Shown: one piece after another, positions 52,283-64,000 of the stretch
Layout of the letters: every line of letters starts with the position of its first letter
Numbering within the stretch: the first letter of the stretch is position 1
Assembly (NCBI RefSeq): GCF_009834535.1
Contig: NC_045696.1
Span: 2,172,001 to 2,236,000, forward strand
Reading direction: 5' to 3'
Source: Camelus ferus
Lineage: Eukaryota
DNA length: 64,000 nt
The notes under the pieces: model-generated
Seen by the model: the letters and a program-made list of their open reading frames with translations, nothing else
Databases searched by the model: none
What the model was told of the DNA's origin: nothing
Position numbers and translations under genes: made by a program

Positions 52283-54410
52283 GGTACTTTCTGCTCTAAT
52301 TTATTCACCAAAGACCCTCACAAAAATGTCTTGATGTTCCAGCAATTTAAACAGCTTCTGTGGTAAGATCGTTATTCTAGAATGACTGGTTAATGAGTGA
52401 AACTCGTGTACCGGGACACCTGTTAGCACTGCAAGGGGAAACGGGGGCTGTAACCTCCTCTCAGCGTCTCTCTATTTTCCGCGGTGGATGCAGTGTTGCT
52501 TCTTGGGGGGCGGGGGGAGCACGCTCCCAGAGCGGTGGGGACAGTCCCAGCAGGCGATGCGGTGCCAGGTGAACGGGCCTCGGCCCGGGACCTGCGTGTC
52601 CTTCAGCTGCTCACCTGCGTCTGGGGCTCGGGTCTTCTGCTCCATCACAGGGTGGCGTGGGCTTGGAGTCGGCGGGTCCGTGGTCGTCAGCCCGGAGGTG
52701 CCTGTGGCCCCTGCGAGGCTCTGTACACACCCAGGCCCAGCCGTGCTGGATGTTCTGGTTGGAGCTGGACACCTGCCTCCCCAAGAGCTCGCCCGGCAGT
52801 GCCACCCGGCTTAAATGAGAACACAGGACTCATTCAGGGGGGGATCACGGAGAAACCACAATCGTCTGTCAGTACAAGTGTGTCTCAGATCCTGCCCGGG
52901 ACATACTTACACTAAACTGTTACCCGCGGTTTGTCTGAGGATGATTTTACTCCGCACCTGCTGCGGCTCCTGCGGGGCGATGGCTTCCCGGGCCTGTGCC
53001 GACCGCCAGTGTCTCTATTTAAGGCAATAAATAGGCAGTGCTGCCTGGAGACGGCCACCGCTAGGAACTGCCCCTGGTGTGGCCCTTCACTGCCGTGACA
53101 GGACGCGCTAGGAGGGACCACTCTCTCTGGGGACAGAGCACCTTCAAAGCTTGCCCATCAGTGGGTGGGCGTGTGGGGCTCCTCAGCCCACGTCCGGGGT
53201 CCTCGGAGTCTTGGGAGGCCCCGAGAGGCAGGACAAAGAGTCCATCTCCTCCGTGTAGGCAGACCCTCTTCTGGCGGCCATGGGGCAGGAAGGGGTCTGG
53301 AAGGAGAGGGGCCACCAGGTGGCCTGGGGAGGCAAGCCTGCATTTCAGGTGCAGACAGAAGATGAGCTCAGACTCAGAGGCCGGGGAGACCCCCTCACAT
53401 GGCAGAAAGATCAAACGGGGTCGGTCATCCAAGGCTGTGCTTCCCAGCACTGGACAGGTGTCACCCAGTGGCTTCCTCCAGGATCCAGGAAGGCCTCTGG
53501 TTCTGGAGAAAGGCTATAACCTCCTCAGCCGGGTCAGGGACATCGCAGGTGAGCGAGGCTGGGTGGCCGGTCCGGGGCCTCTGAGAGCAGCATCAGACAG
53601 GACCAGGAGAGCGGCGCAGGGGAGCGAGACCCTGCCGTGTGGCCCACAGGGTGGCAGCGCTCTGCTTTCCTCCCCACGTCCTGACAGTGGGCAGAGCCGG
53701 CTTCGGGGGCCTCCCCAGAGGGCGAGGCCCTCACAGACAGAGGAGATGACCAGAGTCCTCCCCAGCCTTCCTGACTCCATTCCAGTCACCAGGGGCAACA
53801 TCTGAGGACGGGCTGCCCCAGGCCCGGGGGCAGCTTGCTGAGGGGTGGGGTGGAGCAGGAGGGCCAGGGCTCGGCAGGGCAGGGGCAGGGAGAGGAGCAG
53901 GGCCAGTGCTCCCCACGCCACCACCTTCCAGAACCCCCTCAAAGCGGCCAGTTTCCAAGGTTCGAGCTGGCCAAGCCACCTCCACCCCCACCCCTGGCCA
54001 CCAGCGTCTTTGTGTGTCAGGATGGAGGACGGAACAAATGTTGCTACTGATTTGTTGACTCCTTTATGACTCTAAAATATTTAGGCCCATCTGCCTGGCC
54101 TGCCTTCGTCCCACCTGCTGTGCAGGCCCATGACGGTGGGGCCCAGAGGGGCTGGTCATGCTCACAGCCATCGGCCATCGGCGCCTCTCTAAGCCCCTCG
54201 TCCAGTGAGGATCAGCGCCCAGAGGCACATTCCTGGGGCCCCAGAGAGAACAGCAGAGCTGAAATCCCAGCAGGGGCAGCACCCGGCAGAGGCCTGGGAG
54301 GCATTTATAAACGCTGAGAAGGGTGAGGGGAGGGACCTGCACACACTGAGTGCCTGCTGTGTGCCCGCAGTGAGTCACTCTCAAACAGTGTCTTCAAAAC
54401 AATCCCCAGA

Positions 54411-54555
54411 GGGAGGGTGTAGCTCAAGTGGCAGGGCGCACGCTTAACATGCACGAGGTCCTGGGTTCAATCCCCACTGCTTCCTCCAAGAATAAGTAAA
54501 TAAGAAATAAACCTAATCACCTCCCCCTACCAAAAATTAAATCAATTAATTTTTA
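54411..54555 (+). mobile_element. Vic-1-type SINE
   Basis: gggagggtgtagctcaagtgg...gaggtcctgggttcaatcccc...aaacctaatcacctcccc. Confidence 0.88.
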
Positions 54556-54566
54556 AAAATCCCACA

Positions 54567-54786
54567 CAACAAGTTTCTACTGTAGAGCACAAGCAACTAT
54601 ATTCAATTTCTTATAATAACATATAATGGAAGAGAATATGAAAAGAAATATATGCATATGTGTGACTGAATCACTCTGCTGTACACCTGCAACTAACACA
54701 ACGTGGTGAATCCACTGCACTTCGAAAAAAACCCACAAAATTTAAATAAAAAAGAAAATTGGACAACAACAACAACAACAACAACA
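54567..54786 (+). mobile_element. Short cetartiodactyl-type L1 3' end with (AAC)n tail
   Basis: ctactgtagagcacaagcaactatattcaa...gactgaatcactctgctgtacacc; (aac)n at ~54763-54786. Confidence 0.85.
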
Positions 54787-57037
54787 GTCCCAGGAGACAA
54801 GCACTATTATCTGAGTAATGCTTCACTGCACTGGTGAGAACACTGGGGTAGATGACTGGAGGGGCGGTGACCCTAGAGCCAGGTGACCACTCGGACCCTC
54901 AGTTTCCTCATCTCTGAGCTAGGAATAAGGACAACACCTGCGGGCCTGGGGAGACGCAGAACCTGGAACGCGCCCGGCCCTGAAGGCCCTGCACACGGAC
55001 AGGCTGCTCTGACTACCTCCTCCGTACTCCAGTCGTCTATTTCCAAAAAAAAAAAAAAAAAAAAATCTCCAAAACACAACTAAACACACATAAAATGTTA
55101 AGACAAAGGATGCTGGACAAAAAGGAATTTGTCTTTTATCACTTGGAAGCACATCGGCCTTCAGGGATGTGGTTGCAAAGGGCCCACCTTGAACTTGGGA
55201 CAGACTGACCGATGGGTCTGTCCTGTTATGAAGGGGGCCTGGCTGACCAGGTTTCTGAACACTGAATGCAAGCAAGCTGGCCAGAAATAGGCCCGGAGGT
55301 GTGGGCACTGGGAAGGAGATGCTGGCTGGGACGTGAGTCATCTGCAGCTCTGAAGGCCAGTGCTTCTAGGAACAGATATTTTGGGTTCCTTTGGAGAGCG
55401 GTTTCTAAAGAGGATTTTGGGCGCTGGTGTCCCTGGACAGAGTTTCCCCCGGATGGAGAGGAGAAACACTCAGGGCCCAGCTCAAGAGGGACCAGGGAGG
55501 GGGCTGAGCCTTCCCTCCGTCCTGGGGGGCCCAGGGACGGCCAGGGGTGGGGGGCGTGGGTGTGGTGCTCACAGGGAACATGCGGGGGGGGGGGGCCCTG
55601 AGAGGAGCCCTAGGGACACGAGGACGGGGAGGGTGGGCCGTTGCTAAGTGTCTGCGGGGCTCTGACTAGGATGCATTCTCCATGCGGGTCTCCGCGGGGG
55701 TCTAAGGCCCTCTCTGCAGATCTGGCATATTGTTCAAGATGAAGTGGGGTGAGGGCCTCCAGGGACAGACACACAGGAGGCCTCAGAGCCGAGGATACGC
55801 CCCTTCCTCCCCACCATGGGCGGCAGACCCAGCCTGCAGGGCACCTCAGGGGCCTTAGACCGGTAGGCGCCTCCCTCTGGGCCACTTTCCTCGTTTGCAT
55901 GAAAGGGAGCAGAATTAGGAACTCTGGAGGATTCTGGAAGGCAAACAACAGATCCTCTGTGGCCGAGGCCCAGGCAGGGCCAGCAGAACCTGCTGCCCCG
56001 GGCCGAGGGCGAGGCCCTGGCGCCCCCGTTGGGCCCTGCCTGCTGGGACTCCTCAGAGTTGGAGAGCAGGTCGCTTCCCGGTGCCCGCTTTCCAGACCCC
56101 GTGCTTGGAGCAAAAGAGCTGATTCCGCCCAAAACAACCTAAAAATAGATCAGCCAGGGACAGAGGGCACGGGAGGCACTCCTGCCAGAGCCTAAAAGTG
56201 GGGGGGAAATTGCTTCCAGAGACATTCTCAGTTAAGCCCAAGGGCAGCAGCTTTCGGTGGACGGGATGGCTGTGTGGGAACCGCCTCCTGCAGACCCCAG
56301 GCTGGAGCCAGTGGGCCTGGGGCCTCGGGGAGGACGGACTCCGGCTCCCCTGGCTCCACTGGGCGTGTCCGTGTGGGCTCTAGAAGCCCATGTTCTCACG
56401 GTGGAAGCTGCCTTCTGCATTTCCCACTGCGCTGTGGTCCTGTCGCACTCGCAGTGAGGGCTAGGGGTTATCTCACGGCAGAAGCGTGGGGCCACAGCGA
56501 CTCAGCGCCAGGCAGGAACAGCAGTCCCCCCCCCCCTGCCCCGGGGCCCCTGCTGTCACCTGAGCCTGTGTTGGGAAACTGGGACAGTCCTGTGTCACTC
56601 TGCTCTCAGCTGGCCGGACTCTCTGGCCTGGGTGCTACTTAAAACGGCCACGCTTGCCCGCTGTGTCCCCATCCTGTGGCCGTGCCAGCACACACCCCAC
56701 ACCTCACCCTCTCCCCCCAGCAGCTCCCAGATGCAGAACACCCTCTCCCTCTGACACACACTTCAATCAGTTCATTTGTTCGCTCCCCCCTGCCAGCCTG
56801 CAGGCGTCGCTCCCTCCTCGAGAAAACTCCCTCCCGCCCCCTGCCCTGCCGGGTGGTCCCGGTAGCCTCCCCATTCTCCACGCGTCCAGGGGTGTGGGAA
56901 CCCTGAGCCCCCCACCTGCGGTGCCTGGGGATGGGGCATCCGATCCCGGCATCCCCTGCACTGGGGCCACGCTCAGACAACACTAGACAAATAGGCGATC
57001 AAAACAAAATGAAAATGTCTACTGAAAAAAAACAGTG

Positions 57038-57530
57038 GATGTAAACCACCATGTACAAAATAGACAGACAGCAAGGACCTACAGTGCAGCACAGGGAACC
57101 GTATTCAAAACCTTGTAATGGCCTGTAATGGAAAAGAATATGAAAACGAATGTATGTATGTGTGTGCATGACTGAATCAGTGTGCTGTACACCAGAAACT
57201 AACTCAGCATTGTAAATCAACCGCACGTCAGTACTGGATAAAGAAGATGTGATACAGACATGTACGCTGGAACACTACTCAGCCATAAAAAATAATGAAA
57301 TAGTGCCATTTGCAGCAACACGGATGGACCTGGAGATCGTCATTCTATGTGAAGTAAGTCAGACAGAGAAAGAAAAATACCGTATGATGTCGCTTTTATG
57401 TGCAATCTAAAAAAAAGACACAAATGAACTTATTTACAAAACAGAAACAGACTTGCAGATGTAGAAAACAGACTTACGGTGACCAGGGAGGAGAGAGCAG
57501 GAAGGGATAAATTGGGAGTTGAAATCTGCA
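57038..57530 (+). mobile_element. Cetartiodactyl-type L1 3' end in permuted order
   Basis: The terminal segment (57038-57232) precedes the segment normally upstream of it (57233-57530). See findings. Confidence 0.85.
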
Positions 57531-57532
57531 GC

Positions 57533-57715
57533 GCTGGGGGTGCGATGGAAACGTTCGCGATCCCGATGGTGGTGGTGGTTTCACAGGTGTGGACATCTGT
57601 CAAAATCCATCAGGTTGTGCATCTGAAGTACATGGAGTTTACTGTACAGAAATTATACCACAATAAAGTTGTTTTAAAAACTAAAAGCACATTTATAAAA
57701 AAAAAAAACCAAACC
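57533..57715 (+). mobile_element. Older L1MB/MC 3' terminus
   Basis: ctgggggtgcgatggaaacgttc...gtcaaaatccatcaggttgtgc...aattataccacaataaagtt followed by an A-rich tail. Confidence 0.75.
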
Positions 57716-60139
57716 AAAAAACTATACAACAATCAATCAATCAAGTAATAAAGTAATAAAATTTTTATATGAACAGTGGTTCCTCTTAGAAATCGAGAAG
57801 AGATGTGAGGGGTGAGGAGTGGGCAGTTTTTTTTCAATAAACATGGGTTAATTTCATAATAAAAACTTCTTTTTAAAACACCTCATGATATTATTTGAAA
57901 TGTGAGATTCAGTTTCATGATCGCAGACAAATCAGAGCTGCAGGTGCAGACTGCTTACCTCCAGACAGCTCTGCTGGGGGCCGTGCTCCCCACACCCCCG
58001 GGAGGATCTTGGCCTAAACTACTCAGGCGTGATGGGCCCCCACTTTATCCCAGCCCGCTCCCCCTAAACAGCCATGGTAACTTGAGCTAAATACACATTT
58101 TTGGCAAAGTATGAGTTTAGGATGGTCAGTGGGTTTCGGTGAGCCCAGCTCTCCTTCCGCTCAACTTCCAGGCCACGGAGACTGGTCCCAGCTGGAAACA
58201 AAACTGGACCAGGGAGGAAGGGAGGGGGGTGCAGGTCTGAGTGAGGCGGGGTGCCAGCAGGGCTCAGACCCCTCCTCCAGCAGACACTCACCTTGCACTC
58301 CACCGTGGCCATCTGGGCAGGGCCAGGACTGGGGGACAGATCAGCCCGGCACCCATCCCCAGGGAGCTGCATTCTTATGGGGGGCAGACAAAACCCATAG
58401 TTACAGACTGTGGTTAGTGCCGTGAAAAAAGCAAGTAGGAACTGAGAAAAACAGACCAAGCAGGGGTGTCTTCTTCAACACACGAGTGAGGGAACCCCAC
58501 TGCTGCCTGTACCACATCCATTTTCCCCACGTCCCTTTTAATCCCAGTATTTATGGTGCCACCAAGAGCACAGCTCTGAAAATGTCTCTCAGCTCCCCTT
58601 GCACTGGGGTTTGCCAATGAGATATAAATGATGGGCTGAGACTTCTATAAAAGCTCCTTAAAGAGGGCTGCCTCAGCTGAGAAATTCTCCCTTTCCCCCT
58701 CCATTCTCCTTTGTGCCTGGAATATGGTTGTGACGGTTGGAGCTCCAGTGGCCATTTTGTGACATTAAGTAGCCTTCCCAACCAGTGTCTGGGACTCCAA
58801 AATTTAAATAGCAGGTAAGTTCTGGAGCCAAGCATTGGACTTTTGATTCTAAAACATATATTCTTCACCATCTCCGACTGCTTCCCTCTCAACACATGCA
58901 CACACACACACACAACCCTGAGATGAAAAACAGTGGGAGCCTTTCTGTGTTCAGCAGAGCTTCTTATGGGATAGAAGGCCCCTGTGAGTGCAGGGAAAGT
59001 TCTTGCCCACATGACTTCAACCTCAAGCAGAGGGAGCAGACAGACCAGCTGACGGCAATTTTTGTTCTTCTGAGAGTTCTAAAATCAAATTTCCAATTCT
59101 TCTCTGTGACTACAACCAGATAAAATTACATGGTGCCAGCAATTTATAAATAGAAGGAAATAAATGGGGAGAGATGAGCAGATGAAGCCATAAGCCACCA
59201 GGAGAAATCAGAGGATGGAATTGCTTTGTAATTTTTTTTTTTTTAGTTTGCCAATACCATGGTTGGAATTCTCTGTGCTCTGCATCTGCTGCATGTGGTC
59301 CCCAGTGAGCATCTGGCTCCATCCTTCTCACGTCAGCGGAATCTGGTGAGACTGCAGAGCTTCGCGCTCAGGAACCCCATCTGCACTTCCGCGTCTGCTT
59401 AGGACGCTGGGTCCCTGGACGCAAACCAGGAGACACGTGGTCGCCCCCAATGGTCTGCATTTGGTGGACGCCACATTCCTGCAGGTGAGGATGCAGGCGA
59501 GGGTCCCACAGAGAGGAGCCCCCGGGCTGAGCCCAAGGCAAGCTGGGCTGTCCACGGCCAAGCCAGCAACGGGATGCTCTTCCGCCTCCAGTACCGCTTC
59601 TGACTCGTTCTTAGCCGGGAATCAGAGGCTCACTCCTCTTGCAAACATGCTCAGAGTCCAAGTGACATCAGCGTGAAACACTAGCAAACTGAAGGGGAGA
59701 CAAGATTAAAAACAGAAGATCCAGTGCTTTGTCTCCGGAGCTGCCCGACTCCTCAGATGTGCAGGAGTCATGGCTGTGATCTTTTGATCGCGTTGCTCTG
59801 CCACACAGAAGGCGACGCTGAACTACGTCAGAAGGGGTGGCGGGCGACTGGTGAGAGCTAGAACTCTTCTTCCCTGGGCCCCCCGCCCCAGTCTCTGGTC
59901 AAGAGATGTCTGGGGGCACATCTTAAGCAACCCAGACAGGGACCCTGGTCTGTGAGTTTCTCCTTTTTTTTGTGGAAGAATGAGCACTGTTTCCCTCTTT
60001 TCTTTTTTTTTTTTTTTGGTCTACGAATTTCTGAGCAGGACAAAACCCTGCCCCGTGGAAGCCGTGGGCATGGACTCCAGGAAGGGTCTCACGTACCCTG
60101 AGGCAGTGGCATCTGTTGCGGTCCTAACTGCCTGCTGTC

Positions 60140-60485
60140 TGTCTTTATTATTATTAAACTTTTTACTCTGAGGTAATGGTAGATTTACATGCTGTTGTAA
60201 GAAATAACAGAGAGTTTCTTTATTCAGTCTCCTTGAATGGGAACATGTTGCAGAGTGCAGTGCAGTATCAGACCAGGACGCTGGCACTGACGCTGTTACG
60301 GACCATCCCGTCCCCTGGTCCCCACGTCCCCACCAGGTCCCTCCTGCTCTCCTTCTGTAGCCTCAGCTCTTCACTGCTGTCCCCACCAACCACCCATCTG
60401 CCCTCTGTACCCACAGTTGTGCCATTTTAAGGATGCTTTCTAGAAGGAAGCGTCTGTATCAACTGTTTGGAATTGGCTTTTTTGC
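60140..60485 (-). mobile_element. L1MB/MC 3' end fragment
   Basis: gtagatttacatgctgttgtaagaaataacagagag...gttgcagagtgcagtgcagtatca. Confidence 0.7.
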
Positions 60486-61149
60486 ACGCTCACATCCCCA
60501 CTCTAACACACCCGCACGCACACTCACACGCTCACAGTCGGGGTCCGAGCTCACTTTCCAGGCCCTTTCTACTCAAAGAGGAGCTCGAGGAGGAGAAGAA
60601 AGGAGGTGAACACACTCTGGAGGCGGCTGCCGTTCACCAGCTCCATCTCGCTTCCTTCGCTGCCCCAGCATGCCCTTGTTTGGCTTTTGCTTTGTTCTGT
60701 TTTTACTTCTTAGGAAATGAAACCCGTTAGCGCAGCACTGGGGCTGGGCAGGCATCTGAGGACCGGAGTCACCGGCCTCAGCCTCCTCCAGCGGGGACAG
60801 GGACAGGGACAGGGTAGGGACCGCAGGCCTCGCCAGCTGCCTGCCCGCCCGGGTCGTCCAGGCCCCACCGCAGGGTCCCCTCCTCCCGACGCTCCCACCC
60901 CACTAGGCCCCAGGGTGTGGCTGGGGTCCCCCATCCCCCAGGGGCCAAGGGAGGGGCTCAGGGGGAGCCTTGCTCATTCGGGTGAAAAATTTAAGGGGGT
61001 GCCAAAAACTCAGCAGTGAGATAAACAATATTTTATTTCAATATTTTAATAAATTAATATGTGAGTCCACAAAGCGTGGGTGGTGATGGGGGCAGAGAGT
61101 GGCTCTGGAGAGCCGAGGGGACCGCGTTCTGGGGGCCGCTCGCCAGGGA

Positions 61150-64000
61150 GGGTTTAGGACACCACAGTCTCCTTGTCCAGGATCAGGAAAAATAGCAAAG
61201 CTCCTGGGCACCTGGACATAAAAGCAGCAAACGAGACACGATGGAGCAGCAGAGGAGCGCGGTCCAAATGAAGGAGGCAGGTAAAAGCCCAGGGCTGAGC
61301 GCGGCGGAGACCGGGGCCTCCCTGCAAGGAGCGCCAGGCCGTGACCCGCGAGGCCGGGCAGAGGCCTCGGGAGAGCGGCGCGCGCGCAGAGCCGGAGTCA
61401 GACGTTTTCAGCAAAGAGCTAGAAAACACGAAGAACAACAACAAAGAGCCGAGGAAAACCGCGAGCGAGATGAAAAGCAGGCCGGGAGGAGAAGCAGGGC
61501 GCTGGGCGGCGCGGAGGCTCTGCGCCTGGACGGAAGGCGAAGCGAAGAGCGATGAAAGGAACGAGGCGGGCTTCAGGCCCGGCGGGGCCTCGGCGGGCGC
61601 GCCCCGGCACGCGCGGTGCAGGCGCCCCCGGCAGGGCAGGCGGAGGGCCGGGCGGGGAGCGCGCTCTCAGGCTGGCCGCTGAAAACCGGCCTCCCCGGCG
61701 GCGCCGGCCGGTCGCCGCAGCCCGCGAGGCGCAGAGCCCGACGCAGGAGCAGCCCAGGAGAGCAGCGCGCGAGGCCCTGCGAGTAAGCCGGCGGAGTCCG
61801 GGACACGGGAGGGCGTCGCGTTCGGCGCGGCAGCAGCGGAAGCACGCCGGCCGCGCGCCGCCTTCTCAGCGGAAGCTCTGCGGCCGGCGCGGTTAAGCTG
61901 CTGAAAGGAAAGCCCTGCGGCCGAGCGTGCTTCGCCCAGCGAGGCTCTCCCTCCGAGCTGACCCCGAAGTCAAAATTCCGCAGACAAGCGGAAGCTAAAA
62001 GAGCTCAGCACCCCGAGCCAGCTGTACGAGAAATGCTAAAGGAAGAATAAATAAAATAAACGTTAAAGGAACTTCTCCGAGCGAGAAAGAAAAGGCCACA
62101 ACTAGAAACGTGAACATCATGAGAGGAGAAAGCTCACCGTGAAGGCGAACGCACAGCCAAGGCAGCGAAGGAACCACGCCCAAAGCGAGTGGGACAATTA
62201 AAGGACAAAGGAGGAAGGCCATCAGCCGCAGGCTGGGCAGCACGGGGCGCGCGACGATCAGACGTAAAACCGGACCCCAAACACAGCGGACGCGGCGGGA
62301 GGCGAGTGAAAGGCAGGGTCGTCCAAATGCATTTGAAATTAAGAGACAAGCGACTTAAAATTATCACGTATACACACATGCATACGTGCGTATACAGACA
62401 GACACACATCACAGCAACCACAAACCAAAAATCCACGGTTGGTACACACACAAAAGGGAAAGAAATCCAAACGTAACACTAGACACAGTCATCAAAGCAC
62501 AAGGGAAGAGGACGGAAGAAGACAGGACTGAAAAAGAAGGACCAAAAACACCTGAAAACAACGAACAGAGTGGCCGTAAGTTCGCACCTGCCAACGACGC
62601 TTCAAGTGCACATGGGCGAAATGCCCCGCTCACAGCGGCTGGATGGTCCCAGAAACAAGCCCGTCTGTACGCTGCCTCTGTGTCCACAGTGGGATCCTCC
62701 TCAGCCATGAAAAGAATGGGGTTTCGCCAGTTGATACCACACGGAGGACCTGGAGGGTGTCACGCTAAGGGAAGTAAGTCAGACACAGAGAGACAAAGGC
62801 TGCATGACTTCCCTTACACGTGGAATTAAAACGCAAAACAGGCGAGCGGGGGTGAGGGCCCCTGGCTGGGCTGATACACTGTAACGGACCCCAGCCGCTT
62901 GCGACCTTTAGGAAGAACAAACGTGCTTTGCTGGCAGGCGTCCGTGCGTCGCACTCCTGTCTCCTTGCTGTGAAAAGCAGACACGATGCCTTGCTTGCAC
63001 AGCTGAGGTTCCAGCTTGGGGCTGCTTCCGTAATGGACGCGCCATTGTGTGTCCCTTGTTACAAACGCAGGACGTGGCTTGTTTTAAGCTTAGGTCCACA
63101 GCCCAGGGTTTACTCTGCTCGTTGCAAAGCGACAGCCCGTGCCCTCAGCCTGAAACGCCGGGCGTGCTTTCTGCTGTTTAGATGGCCTACCCCCCAGGAC
63201 AGGAGCTGGCGGGCTGGTGGTCTGTTTTGTAGTCAGCTTCTTATATCTGAAGAATGTACCTTGTTCCTCTGCCCCCGTGACTGCCCTGAGGGCGAATTAA
63301 GCCTTTGCACTCGTGGAATTTACGATCTCTACCCGCCCCTGCTTTTCCGTAAGCTCCTGTGTTCCATGACACAACTGTTTGTGGTCTTTTCTTTGCGCAC
63401 AATAAATATGAGAGTGTTTGAGAGGCTTGGGGGGTTGGCCTCCAACTCCCTCTCGCTCTCCTGACTTTCCACAGAGTCTCGAGTCATTCATTCCGTCACG
63501 GTGGGACTTCTGCCAGACGGAACCCACAAACAACCCGCAGAAAACAAACCCGCAGAGAACAAACAGGTGGTTGCCAGAGGGGAAGGAGGGAGGAGGAGAG
63601 AACTAGGTGAGGGAGATTAAGAGGGACAAACTTCCAGTTGCAAAATAAATGAGTTGTGAGGATGAAATGTACAGCCTGGGGAATACAGTCAATTACTGTG
63701 CGACATCTTTGCGTGGTGACACCTCATAACTAGACTTATCCTGGTGAGTGTTTTGAAATGTAGAGAAATATGGAACGACTGTGTTGTGTAACAGGAATTA
63801 ACACAGTGTTGCAGGTCAATTATACTTCAAAAAGAAATTCATAGAAAAAGAGACCAGATTTGTGGTTACCAGAGCAGGGGTGGGCAGAGGGGGAATTAGA
63901 TGAAGGTGGCCAAAAGGTACAAACGTCCAGATATAAGGCAGGGAAGTGCGGGGGGGAATGTCCCACGTGAGAAGTGTAATTAACACCACTGCGTGTTACA
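61150..64000 (+). mobile_element. L1 relic: end of 5' UTR, ORF1 (61241-~62050), spacer, ORF2 start, then 3' end; interrupted by an LTR
   Basis: MEQQRSAVQMKEAGKSP resembles the L1 ORF1 start MRRQRNMFQMKEQDKTP. DVFSKELENTKNNNKE..SEMK resembles the coiled coil. cagacaagcggaagctaaaagagctcagcacc...aaatgctaaagga resembles the ORF1 C-terminus. L1 3' UTR text from ~62680 and again at 63530-64000. Confidence 0.85.
62880..63528 (+). mobile_element. Solo ERV LTR inserted in the L1 3' UTR
   Basis: Starts TGTAAC and ends CA, with AATAAA at 63401-63406. L1 3' UTR resumes immediately after. No clean TSD seen. Confidence 0.7.

Noticed and set aside
53077..53805. 242-aa ORF downstream of a TATA-like element
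   Set aside because: Non-ATG start, low-complexity composition and no recognisable homology.
61241..61896. CpG island with ORFs read as a novel gene's first coding exon
   Set aside because: The frames are frameshifted remnants of L1 ORF1. Retained only as a GC-conversion finding.
1..64000. CRISPR arrays, operons, prokaryotic defence systems or an intact provirus
   Set aside because: The sequence is mammalian. There is no repeat-spacer array, no gag/pol/env, and the LTRs are solitary and dissimilar to each other.

Overview
This is mammalian genomic DNA, GC-rich and probably subtelomeric. It is most likely camelid, judging from five tRNA-Ala-derived Vic-1-type SINEs and young cetartiodactyl-type L1 3' ends. 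I find no protein-coding exon, and the ORF track is mostly GC-rich noise plus decayed L1 reading frames. The one genic element is a CpG-island promoter with a non-coding first exon on the minus strand (~21468-21660). It matches my recollection of the human AGPAT3 5' UTR, which would make 1-21467 intron 1 and 22-64 kb upstream intergenic DNA. The rest is layered L1, MaLR (MLT1), ERV LTR, MIR and hAT relics. Repeat family names are recalled from consensus sequences and were not confirmed by a search. I do not see a new multi-gene system. The most unusual observations are: (1) an L1 ORF1 converted in place into an ~85% GC CpG island (61.2-62.0 kb), suggesting a fossil GC-biased gene conversion hotspot; (2) a circularly permuted, tail-less L1 3' end (57038-57530); (3) an L1 that jumps from the ORF2 start directly to its 3' end; (4) an unidentified retroposed polyadenylated fragment inside an L1MB; (5) repeated reuse of single insertion sites; (6) a G-rich minisatellite and a strong-Kozak uORF at the putative AGPAT3 promoter.
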